From: a bacterium
Lineage (GTDB): Bacteria > UBA8248
Reading direction: 5' to 3'
Length of the DNA stretch: 64,000 nucleotides
Assembly (NCBI GenBank): GCA_965213625.1
Contig: CBDBZU010000004.1
Location: 448,001 to 512,000 of the forward strand
Translations under genes and position numbers: made by a program
The notes under the pieces: model-generated
Database searches by the model: none
What the model was told of the DNA's origin: nothing
What the model saw: only the letters and a program-made list of their open reading frames with translations
Shown: positions 52,875 through 62,395 of the stretch, piece by piece
Numbering within the stretch: the first letter of the stretch is position 1
Layout of the letters: the number at the start of each line of letters is the position of its first letter

Positions 52875-53497
52875 ATGGCGGGGTTCTGAGCAAAGGACCC
52901 ATGACATACCGATCGGGCGGGACGTTGATCATCGCGTTTGCTCCGGTGATCACAGTCATGATCCGCAGGGCCGAATCCGCAATTGTACTGGCTTCAGACC
53001 ATCGGCTGAAAAGCGTGAGAGTAAGTCGATCTCTGACTAATCACTAACTAAGATGCTCGTATACCAACATGGCGTTGGCGCTCGGCAAAAATCTCACCAT
53101 GATCGGAACCCTCTTGTGTGATACGCAGGCACAAAACGCCACCGAGTATGCCAGCGTCGCTCGCGAAAGTATCCGCCGCCCGCATCGGAGACAGCATCAA
53201 CAACGACCTGAATGCGGTATAGTTCTCGGTTTCAATGAGCTTTCACTCCTACCGGATGAATTAGGTTTCTCATTTGATCTGATGCGAGAGTGATTGGTCT
53301 CTAATTTTTTTTCGGGGCACCCATCGAACAACGTTGCGGGCAGTTCTTTACTGCATTACATTGAGACCATGGAAAGTCCCCAAGGACGCATGAAGCTTGC
53401 AAGACTGACAGTCAACTTGGACCGCCCACTTAGGACCAACGCTTATTTTGCCGACGAACGAACGAAATCCACTTGAGTCTGGCGGAAGGATGGCGCG

Positions 53498-55690
53498 ATG
53501 AGCATCGAACGACGCTTCGATGTTTCCCTGATAGCCGGAATGGCGCTTAAAGAGAAACAGATACAGCAGAACTATCGCCCCATTATAGGCGTTCACAAGT
53601 GGTTCGCTCGTCGCCCGGGAACCCTGTTTCGCGGCTTGATTCTGGCGGAATTCGGAAACGCCCGCTTGGATGAACTCTTTTTTCAATCGAATGATTTTCC
53701 CGGACTCCGTATCGCCGACCCTTTCATGGGTGGCGGGACGCCGCTGATCGAGGCGAACCGGGTAGGATGTGACGTGGAAGGCTTCGACATTAACCCAATG
53801 TCGGCTTGGATAGTCCGCGAAGAGATCGAGCAACTTGATTTACCAACATACGAACGCGCCGCCAATGCTCTCATTGCCGCGCTCCGCAACGAGATCGACG
53901 GTTATTACCGAACATCCTGCCCACGATATGGTGATTGCGACGTCCCCGTAAAATCCTTTCTGTGGGTCAAGATGCTCGATTGCGAAGACTGCGGTAGGCC
54001 ATTCGATCTGTTTCCGGGCTATCTTCTCGCCGAGAACCGGCGGCATCCCAAAAACATTCTAATCTGTCCGGCGTGCGGCGACCTAAACGAAGTTGAGGAC
54101 CGCAAGAGCCCCCGAACCTGTATCGCCTGCGGAACCGCGCTCCACCAGAATGGGCCCGCTCGTCGAGGACGTTGCGATTGCCCGTATTGCGGACATACCA
54201 ACGCCTACCCGGGAAAAACACGACAACCACTCGCCCACCGCTTGTTCGCAATCGAATACTACAACCAGCAACGAAAGGCGGAGCACAAAGGCCGTTTTTT
54301 CAAGAAACCCGATGAGAAGGACCTTGCCTGCATGGCCGATGCTGCAAGACGTTGGGATCAGCTCGTGCCCCGCTTCGTACCGGACCAGCATATCCCGACG
54401 GGTGATGAAACAACTCGGTTACATCGATGGGGTTACAACCGCTACCGGGACATGTTCAATCCGCGCCAGCTCCTCGGTTTGGAATTGAGTTGTCGACTGA
54501 TTGCCGAAATAGAAGACCAACGCATTCGCTATGCACTCGCGACCAATCTCTCCGACTTACTGCGCTACCAAAATATGCTCTGTCGGTACGACACCATGGC
54601 CCTCAAGTCTCTCGACATTTTCTCTATTCACGGCTTCCCCGTCGGACTGGTGCAATGCGAGTCCAACCTGCTGGGCATCGCCAACGGTGCCGGGTCGAAT
54701 GTCGGCTCCGGTGGTTGGTCCAACATCGTCGGCAAGTACGTCAAAGCCAAACGCTATTGCGAGGCGCCCTATGAGGTCCGCCACGAGGGCTCGCGCAAGG
54801 TACGGGTTTCAATTAAGGGCGAACGAATCGGCGAGAGACTCAACGGAACCTGCCGTGAAATCGCTATCCATTGCAAGAGTGCGACCGAGACTGCACTTGA
54901 GCTCGCCAGCCTTGATGCCGTGTTCACGGATCCGCCCTACTTCGGCAACGTGCAGTATGGCGAGCTGATGGATTTCTGCTATGCCTGGTTGCGTCGCCTC
55001 GTCGGGAGCGATGCGGAAGGTTTTGACCGTCCGTCGACGCGGTCGCGAAACGAATTAACGGGTAATGTCACCCAAGAACGCGGCTTGGAGCATTTTACCG
55101 AAGGGCTGTCCGAGGTCTATTCGCGCATGGCCAATGCCCTGAAGCCCGGCGCCCCACTGGTGTTCACCTTCCATCACAACAAGCTAGACGCCTATTGCGC
55201 TGTCGGCGTAGCGATCCTGGACGCTGGCCTCGTCTGTTCTGCATCGCTGCCATGCCCCGCAGAAATGAGCGGGTCGATCCACATTCACGGCACGGCGTCG
55301 TCTATCATCGACACAGTTTTCGTGTGCCGGGATCAAGGCTGGACACCGCGGCAGTGGCTGTTTGAGTCGGTCGATGAGCTTGTTGTTATCGTCGCTGACG
55401 ATCTTGCCCAACTCTCGCAAGGCGGTCGCAAACCGACGAACGGTGACACAAGGTGTATTATTTTAGGCCATCTCACCAGAATGGCAATCTGGAACCTTAG
55501 AAAAGATTGGAATTGCGGAAAGACCGTCGAGGAAAAATTAGAACTCTTCGCTGAGGCTGTGGCGCAACTTGCCGATTATCAGTTGGTAGTTGAACGGCTT
55601 GAATCGCGCACAGCGTTGCCTGCAGAGGACGGGCCTCTTTTCGCAGACGCAGAATTGGTACAAAGGAACTGTGATGCCGTCACGTTTTAA
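53498..55690 (+). CDS. Amino (N6A/N4C) DNA methyltransferase with Zn-ribbon insert (DUF1156-like)
   Basis: HKWFARRPG, DPFMGGG, multiple CxxC, DPPY. Confidence 0.87.
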   Translation: MSIERRFDVSLIAGMALKEKQIQQNYRPIIGVHKWFARRPGTLFRGLILAEFGNARLDELFFQSNDFPGLRIADPFMGGGTPLIEANRVGCDVEGFDINPMSAWIVREEIEQLDLPTYERAANALIAALRNEIDGYYRTSCPRYGDCDVPVKSFLWVKMLDCEDCGRPFDLFPGYLLAENRRHPKNILICPACGDLNEVEDRKSPRTCIACGTALHQNGPARRGRCDCPYCGHTNAYPGKTRQPLAHRLFAIEYYNQQRKAEHKGRFFKKPDEKDLACMADAARRWDQLVPRFVPDQHIPTGDETTRLHRWGYNRYRDMFNPRQLLGLELSCRLIAEIEDQRIRYALATNLSDLLRYQNMLCRYDTMALKSLDIFSIHGFPVGLVQCESNLLGIANGAGSNVGSGGWSNIVGKYVKAKRYCEAPYEVRHEGSRKVRVSIKGERIGERLNGTCREIAIHCKSATETALELASLDAVFTDPPYFGNVQYGELMDFCYAWLRRLVGSDAEGFDRPSTRSRNELTGNVTQERGLEHFTEGLSEVYSRMANALKPGAPLVFTFHHNKLDAYCAVGVAILDAGLVCSASLPCPAEMSGSIHIHGTASSIIDTVFVCRDQGWTPRQWLFESVDELVVIVADDLAQLSQGGRKPTNGDTRCIILGHLTRMAIWNLRKDWNCGKTVEEKLELFAEAVAQLADYQLVVERLESRTALPAEDGPLFADAELVQRNCDAVTF

Positions 55691-56693
55691 TGCTGACTAC
55701 AGCGATCCGGGTATTGACTGGGAGCCGCTTGTTAATGAAGTATTCAACGAGTTGACGTCCAGTTTTCTCGAGATGCCGAAAGGCGAGGGCTTCATCGAGT
55801 ATTCGATATTCGAGAAAGGTTACCAAGCCCTTAAACGCCATACTAACGCCTTTGCAGATACGACTGCCGGGAATGTTCTCGCCGCCGTGAGGGAGATACC
55901 AATCTCCTTTGTTGTGTTTCGCTGCATTCTTGGTTTTTCGCCACCGGAATGGGCCTATGTGACGACTGATAGGACGAAGGTTGAGATTGAGCAAAATGCT
56001 GCGCGGGCTATTGATCGGAGAATTCGGGTCAAACCGCTTGAACCGTTGAATGAAGGTAGCAGCATCACGAGCCAGCGTATCCACGCCATGATCAATGCGG
56101 GCGTAGCTCTTGTGCGGGAGGGTGCAAACAGCATGCCAGCCGGCATCTTGCACCGGCTTGATAAAGCCGATACCGTCAACGGGATCAATAGCATGCAATC
56201 TCTGGCTAATCTAGGCGCGCCTTATCCAGTTCTATTGTATGAGCGGTTTCTAGGCCGACCCTACGCGACCCACCGCGATTCCGTAAGTGAACTGGTTGGC
56301 GAAGTCGTTGAAACGGCAATCAAGAACATTTTAACAGATGCCAAGGTAAGCATACGTGAGACTAAGCGCGCTGAGCGTATTCCAGGGTTCGACCAAGCCC
56401 CGGACTTCATAATTCCAGATGAATTTACCCCAGTTGCGGTCATCGAGGCGAAACTGACGGAAGATGACGGCACAGCACGAGACAAAGTTTCCCGCGTTCA
56501 ACGTCTGCGGACTTTGCGGGACGAGATAAGAGGGGATTACGACGTAATCGCTTGCATTGCTGGGCGTGGCTTCAAGGTCAGGCGTGAAGATATGAGACGA
56601 TTATTACAGGCGACGGATGGCAAAGTGTTTACTCTCGCGACTTTGCACTTACTCATAGATAACACACGGATCCGAGAGTATCGCGTTAGGTGA
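55674..56693 (+). CDS. PD-(D/E)xK restriction endonuclease-like protein
   Basis: APDFIIP...VIEAK; overlaps the MTase end. Confidence 0.75.
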   Translation: MPSRFNADYSDPGIDWEPLVNEVFNELTSSFLEMPKGEGFIEYSIFEKGYQALKRHTNAFADTTAGNVLAAVREIPISFVVFRCILGFSPPEWAYVTTDRTKVEIEQNAARAIDRRIRVKPLEPLNEGSSITSQRIHAMINAGVALVREGANSMPAGILHRLDKADTVNGINSMQSLANLGAPYPVLLYERFLGRPYATHRDSVSELVGEVVETAIKNILTDAKVSIRETKRAERIPGFDQAPDFIIPDEFTPVAVIEAKLTEDDGTARDKVSRVQRLRTLRDEIRGDYDVIACIAGRGFKVRREDMRRLLQATDGKVFTLATLHLLIDNTRIREYRVR

Positions 56694-56909
56694 CAAAACG
56701 AAATATTGGATTTGTACCGTATCGTGTTCTTGCACGATGATGGCGTCGCTAGGATTAGACGCGTAATGCAGAGTTATTACGTTTTCATTTGCCCAACGAA
56801 TCGGACGGAACTTGCTTAGTGATCATACAAAATAGATTGAATTCAGCCTCTAAAAGAGGGTAGTGGAATCTTTTTCCTTGCATGCGTCCACTGCACCCCA
56901 TAACCATCT

Positions 56910-58583
56910 CTAACTTGGCGTCAGGCTCCAGACTTGCACAGCAATTTGCGACAGTTCTTGTTGTCGATTCTCAATAGCTTCAGTATCCCAAAATGGTATA
57001 TTCATAATCGATCGTGTGATTTCAATCCGGGATTGTTGGTAAACAGTCTTCTTGTCCTCGAAAGGATCATTATCTGCAATGACGTTTAAATTACTATCCA
57101 TGATCGTCAGATTGCCCAATCTCTTATAGTAATTGGCGGCATCCTCATCTGATATATGTCGCCAGTTTTCACATGGAGTTTGTGGCAAAATGTGCTCCAG
57201 ATTTACATCATCATGATGTTGATTGACACGTAACTCTTGGTTGCTACTCACGAAAGATTCGATAGTCCGCAAGTAATATCGAGCTAGGTAGTTCCTTGAA
57301 ACAGTTGCACGCGAAAATGCTTCCCCGAAACGTTGGTCACTTGGCAGTGACGCGCGGTTGAAGTCCAATAGTTGTTGAGCAGAAGTGATTTCTCCTACAG
57401 TAATGTTTTTCGCTGATGTGGAGAAAAGAGCCTCTAGTGTCCCACTACCACCAGAACCGCATATAAGAAAACGAACGGTCCATGAAACTAACATGGGCAG
57501 AGATTGCTGTATTTCAGCATCGTCAAACTCTCTAAGTATAGCGAGAATAAGGGGGCGGTTTTGAACAACACGAAGCTCCCTAAATGACGATATCGCGTCT
57601 TGTACTCTTGCACCAAGATCACGCCATCTTGAATTTGAGGAGTCATACAGAGCGACGTAGTCGGCAGCCGATTGATTTAAATGGACTGCTAAATTTACTG
57701 CTTGTTGTGTTCCTGAAACACGCTCCTTTATTCTGTCGTATAATTCGCGTTCTCTTGTTGTTCCGTACGTCGACGACCACACCTGACGAATAAAGGTCTT
57801 AATTGCTTGCTCGCGATCAACGCTTTCGATCCGACTCCTCATGCTGGTCCACGCGTCTTGAACTTCAGAGAGTCTCCGGTCGGACATTCTAAACAAGTAG
57901 TTCTTCAACAAATCAGTGATGGACAACTCAATGCCGCGATCATTAAGAACTTCGAATATGGTGTAAGCATTTGCTTCGCTGTTTACGCTAACAACAATGA
58001 CTTTGACATTGCTCTCAATGTAATCAAGCCAATCATTTAATACGTCAATCGGTTCGTGAGATGGTCCGACAATGGTTTGAACAAACTGTTGGGCGATCAA
58101 TTTTGCTTCTTGTATCCTTTTATGTGCCTCGGTGGAAAATTCGAGGTTGGTATCGTCCACAATCAATGCTTGAAAGAAGGGGTTGTCGCTTTGATTAAGC
58201 ACTAGATTGGGTTGAGACTCCAAGGAACGCCGATCCAGTTGTGCTATAAATTTGGACTGAACTATCTCTGCGCGTTGCGAGTCCCCTTTGTGCCTAAAAT
58301 AATTTCTTATTTCGGCGAGAAAGATCGTTGTCGATGCTAGGCGCTGTTGGCCGTCGATAACGTGGAATCTTTGATTGTTCCCAGGAGTTAGAACGATCGT
58401 GCCTAGAAAGTACTCGGGAGCATTTGCTCGTATGGCATCGCCAATGTCTCTTAGAAGGTCCGTGACTTGATCTTTTTCCCATGCAAAGGAGCGTTGATAA
58501 GGGGGAGTTTCGATCTTTTTGTCAGATATCAAATGGCCTATGCCATCTAAGTTGGTAAAAATGCGGTCGATCTCTTCGGGCAT
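56910..58583 (-). CDS. DUF262-DUF1524 (GmrSD-like) nuclease
   Basis: PPYQRSFAW, IDGQQR, IFEVLNDRG, EHILPQ, LGNL. Confidence 0.87.
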   Translation of the reverse strand: MPEEIDRIFTNLDGIGHLISDKKIETPPYQRSFAWEKDQVTDLLRDIGDAIRANAPEYFLGTIVLTPGNNQRFHVIDGQQRLASTTIFLAEIRNYFRHKGDSQRAEIVQSKFIAQLDRRSLESQPNLVLNQSDNPFFQALIVDDTNLEFSTEAHKRIQEAKLIAQQFVQTIVGPSHEPIDVLNDWLDYIESNVKVIVVSVNSEANAYTIFEVLNDRGIELSITDLLKNYLFRMSDRRLSEVQDAWTSMRSRIESVDREQAIKTFIRQVWSSTYGTTRERELYDRIKERVSGTQQAVNLAVHLNQSAADYVALYDSSNSRWRDLGARVQDAISSFRELRVVQNRPLILAILREFDDAEIQQSLPMLVSWTVRFLICGSGGSGTLEALFSTSAKNITVGEITSAQQLLDFNRASLPSDQRFGEAFSRATVSRNYLARYYLRTIESFVSSNQELRVNQHHDDVNLEHILPQTPCENWRHISDEDAANYYKRLGNLTIMDSNLNVIADNDPFEDKKTVYQQSRIEITRSIMNIPFWDTEAIENRQQELSQIAVQVWSLTPS

Positions 58584-58739
58584 CGCAAATCCCTTTTGTC
58601 GAGTAATGAGACTTTGGATCTAACGTCGGCTTAGAAACACGAACGTCATGCCAAGAGTTTGCACGTAAGTCAAAGGGATTTGTGGATGCCATCACGGTTT
58701 AGATGCCGAGCAGGAGCCTTCTGGGGAAATGCGCTCATA

Positions 58740-61700
58740 TCACGAGGCTAGGGTAATTGAAATCGCGCGAGCACCTCGGCGGTTGAAAGCGAGCGAGCAT
58801 TTTGCTCGTGTTCTAGTAGACAACTTATCCCATTCGATAGGGTCACTGTCAGCGCGGGATGCAAAGATAATTTTTGGAAATGGGTACAATTTTAGAAATG
58901 CATAGCCCTCTTCTTTGCGTTCAACGCGACAATCATACATGATTGTGATGCCATCTCTTTCAGCAATGGCAGCTGCCTGTGTTCTGAATCGGCCCGGTGC
59001 TTTGTCATGAAGAGCTGTAAACAACTCGCCCGCTTTGTCATACTGGCCTTGAAGAAATAACTCACGAGCATACCAGAATTGGGCTTCGAAATTGTTGTCA
59101 CCTTTGGTGAAACCCCGTCTTAGATGATCAATTGCCGCGTCGTTTTCGTCAGACTTGATGAGGACACGGCCCATTTCAAGATGTGCGCGCTTACTGGCAG
59201 GATTGTCTTGCAGGCAAGCTTTCAAGACACACTTGCTACTCTCTAGGTCTTCTGACGCTTGATAAATGCGCGCCAGCCGAACGGCGAGCCAGTCCTGTCT
59301 TGGATTCAGATTGAAAGCGCGCTCAAGGGTCTTTTGAGCTCGATCAGTCTGAGCTATACATTCTCTAAAGGTTGCCTCTGTGGCCAACAATTGAGAGCTT
59401 TCTGGGAAGATTTGAAGGCCGCGTTGGATCACAGTTTCAGTTTCTTTAGCAGCTTCGACGAAGTCGTTAGGAGGTTTTGTATTGTCAGACACATTAAGTG
59501 AGTTTGACAGCTCCTTGAATTCATCAATAGCGAGGCGAGCGCGCGTATATAGGTCGTACTCGCTGGGCTGGCGAATATTTCCACCGAGTTTTTCACGAGT
59601 GAACCGTCTTAAGCTTCGCTTCCTTAGTGGGTCATCCGTATCATTGGCCATTCGGCGTGCAATTTCTGCTTGGGTATGTTGAATACTACGACTAGTTGAG
59701 TTTAGCTTAAATGCGTGTGTGGCCGCTTCTTCAGCTTGCACAAGCGATCCGCCACGATGCTGTATCTCAAAAACGGCTCTTTGATGCCAAACGAAAGAGT
59801 CGTTCGGCATTGTTTCTTGCGCACGGTCATAGAACAGTCGCCCGAGTTCGATGCTCGGAAACATGTCGGCAATGCCCCTTCCTTTAATCAAACGAGAGAA
59901 AGTCTCAAGGTCTGACGAGTAATCAATGTTCATGGCTTCGATTAGTCTCGCGAGAAGATCAAACTTGTCTTCTGGGCTGGGCAACATCTGGTTGAAGACT
60001 ATCTCGGCGACATGTTGATGGCGACTACGGTAGTAAACGTCACGTCTATGGTTGTCTTTGACGACATGCACGACATTTTCTAAGGGCTGGATCAATTCTG
60101 CTTGAAATTGCTCAAACCTAACCCCAGCGGCACGTGAAATGAGTCCAGCTCGTACGGGTGCATCGAATTGATGGAGGGCGCAAATATCAAGATATAGGTT
60201 ACGGGCAGCCGCTGGTTCAATGCGTCGGAATTCGTCAACGACAATTTCCTCGAAAGGAACTCCTAGAGTCGCTTCATGGAGAGCGACTAATAGCTGGCGT
60301 TCTGCCCTTTCGATGAATTTCCTGGTCCGATCCTCTGGGGAGAGATTTTTAAGTAGACCGAGAGCATCGTGCTGTTCTAATAGGTTGAGAAGTGTTTGAA
60401 TCTCCCGTTCGCTTAGATAACGGACAGGAAACTCTTGGTGTAAAAATCGTTCGAGATGCTCACAATAGATGTTCCACTCATTGTCTCTCTCGGCACCAAC
60501 AATGGTGAGCGGGATGGACTGAGATCGTGAGATGTTAAGTAACTTTCGCAGTTCATCTCGGACGAGTGCAACACGATCGACAAATAGAAATATACGTTTG
60601 CCCGTTAGATGATGAATTTCAGCAAGTGGTTCTATGCGCAAGCCAGCCGGAATTTCATTGAATAGGACAAGGTTATCGTAAGTAACACCTGCTTCCCAGG
60701 CGATGCGTTTGAGCGAGACACTCTTGCCATTGCCCCCTGGCCCTTTCAACATAAAAAATTCAGTTGTATCGCGTTCCTCTTCGGATAGAAGAACAGCGTC
60801 AACTAATACCGAGTCAGAAAACGAACGGTGGGCATCCAGATTTTGAAGTATGCAGCCCCAGCCATTGTCGTATCCATGGTAGAACTCACTAGGATTTTGA
60901 CTAGGAGCTGTCAGTCCTGAGTGAACATGCGTGGTATCGGTGTCGAGAAAACTTTTTAGAGACAATGATTCTGAAGGTTGCGCGATGCGGTAGTGTTTAC
61001 GGATAGATAGCTCCCCACCACCAATATTAACAGGAATCGCTCTCGCAAAATCAGGTACTGCTTGGTCAATTGTCCTTAGGAAATCCTCGAAGGTAGTTTC
61101 AACTGCAAACACATGGAGCTTTGCCCAGTATCGCTTTTCAAAGTCGCTAATCTTCGGAGATACATAATAGTAAGGTGGCCTATCGATGTCAGAATCAGTG
61201 AGGTCGAACAATAATTCTTGAATATGTGGATCGGAAATCGAATAGCCCGAAAAAATGATTGGATATTCAAATCCCAGATCACGAAACCGATTGTATAGAC
61301 GAGTTCTTTTCTTCCCGTAACTTGCGTATTGCTCATTGCCGAGGATAAGTGGGATTTCCAAATCCGCATAGGATTCGATACACCCATGTAGCTTATAGAA
61401 ACCGACGGGATTTGTTTCCTTATTAAGCCTTGAGTCAAAGTTGTCACCATCTTTTACTGTTTTGACTAGGGTTTGCTGCGATGCTGGCACGCTTGTGTAG
61501 GCTCTTTCGATAATGAGATCGAAATTTGTGGTAGCAATGGCGCGCCACTGGAATGTAGGAATCAACAAATGAAAGTCTGCGGGTTCAAATGGCATGAATA
61601 GTTCGGAAATATACCTTTGGAATTCGGTCAGTCCTGCTTCGTTGGCTGCCATAGCTGCTACGGCATTGAGTGGTTTCTCCATCAGTTCATCGTTCAAAAA

Positions 61701-61850
61701 TTTCTCGCAGAGCCGATAACGAAGGTCGTCGCCTTGCGGAATCTGGTCTCCATCGGGATGTTTGGCTTTCAGGCTTGCACCCGCACCAAGAAAAAGCACG
61801 GTACGTTGCTCTCTAACTGCGTCAATCAGGGCTGGAGGAATGTCGACCAC
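58740..61850 (-). CDS. SIR2-like / P-loop NTPase / TPR / OB-fold defence protein (Avs-like)
   Basis: LFLGAGAS, TTNFD, KLHG, GYSISD; GPGGNGKS and LFVD; helical repeats; C-terminal GYAFL...IF beta-rich domain. Confidence 0.82.
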   Translation of the reverse strand: MVDIPPALIDAVREQRTVLFLGAGASLKAKHPDGDQIPQGDDLRYRLCEKFLNDELMEKPLNAVAAMAANEAGLTEFQRYISELFMPFEPADFHLLIPTFQWRAIATTNFDLIIERAYTSVPASQQTLVKTVKDGDNFDSRLNKETNPVGFYKLHGCIESYADLEIPLILGNEQYASYGKKRTRLYNRFRDLGFEYPIIFSGYSISDPHIQELLFDLTDSDIDRPPYYYVSPKISDFEKRYWAKLHVFAVETTFEDFLRTIDQAVPDFARAIPVNIGGGELSIRKHYRIAQPSESLSLKSFLDTDTTHVHSGLTAPSQNPSEFYHGYDNGWGCILQNLDAHRSFSDSVLVDAVLLSEEERDTTEFFMLKGPGGNGKSVSLKRIAWEAGVTYDNLVLFNEIPAGLRIEPLAEIHHLTGKRIFLFVDRVALVRDELRKLLNISRSQSIPLTIVGAERDNEWNIYCEHLERFLHQEFPVRYLSEREIQTLLNLLEQHDALGLLKNLSPEDRTRKFIERAERQLLVALHEATLGVPFEEIVVDEFRRIEPAAARNLYLDICALHQFDAPVRAGLISRAAGVRFEQFQAELIQPLENVVHVVKDNHRRDVYYRSRHQHVAEIVFNQMLPSPEDKFDLLARLIEAMNIDYSSDLETFSRLIKGRGIADMFPSIELGRLFYDRAQETMPNDSFVWHQRAVFEIQHRGGSLVQAEEAATHAFKLNSTSRSIQHTQAEIARRMANDTDDPLRKRSLRRFTREKLGGNIRQPSEYDLYTRARLAIDEFKELSNSLNVSDNTKPPNDFVEAAKETETVIQRGLQIFPESSQLLATEATFRECIAQTDRAQKTLERAFNLNPRQDWLAVRLARIYQASEDLESSKCVLKACLQDNPASKRAHLEMGRVLIKSDENDAAIDHLRRGFTKGDNNFEAQFWYARELFLQGQYDKAGELFTALHDKAPGRFRTQAAAIAERDGITIMYDCRVERKEEGYAFLKLYPFPKIIFASRADSDPIEWDKLSTRTRAKCSLAFNRRGARAISITLAS

Positions 61851-61908
61851 TTTTTGTCCTTTTTTAAGTAAATCATTAACAGAAGTAGTTCAATTTGTGG
61901 ACCCCTCC

Positions 61909-62096
61909 CTACCTCTTCCACTTCACAAAATCCAGCCACCACGTCTCTCTCACCGCGTTCCCCAGATTAGGCCGCATAGCGGCGCTCCGTGGGGTACCGT
62001 AGGCGGCTTCCTCCCAGGCGTCCGTGGTAGGGATGGTGGGGTCTTCCATGTCTAGATCGCGATGATGCGGCGCGCGCTCGTTTTCGTGTCCTGTAT
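61909..62096 (-). repeat. Inverted diverged copy of the 3' end of gene 33243-33947
   Basis: 61909-62052 matches 33804-33947 with 15 differences in 144 nt; weaker homology continues to ~62096. Confidence 0.92.
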
Positions 62097-62395
62097 TACC
62101 GTCTCCGTTGTCGTCCTTTAGCCATTCTCCACGATATTGGCACATGTTCTCTATAATGAACACAGAAAGGCTCTAGGACCGAGGGGTTGTCTTCATTCAG
62201 TGTCTCATAATTCCTTTCTTCATTCGCCACAGACGCGAATCGAGCACTTGCATGGTGTCCTATCCGGTGATTCCTGATCCGACGTTGGATAGCCGGACTC
62301 TAGAGTAGCGCTGCACGATGGCCCTACAGAAATAGGCGATACCAATTTGCCACAGTGTGATGTTGCCGGGAGGGAGGGAGTCCATCCCATCGCTT

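Noticed and set aside
52900-53480. Short ORFs upstream of the methyltransferase
   Set aside because: No recognisable motifs or convincing RBS; cannot support a call
33804-62052. Diversity-generating retroelement TR/VR pair
   Set aside because: Differences are synonymous and not adenine-specific; no reverse transcriptase in the window
61909-62163. 84-aa ORF as a real gene
   Set aside because: Arises from a 1-nt deletion in the duplicated gene fragment joined to unrelated sequence
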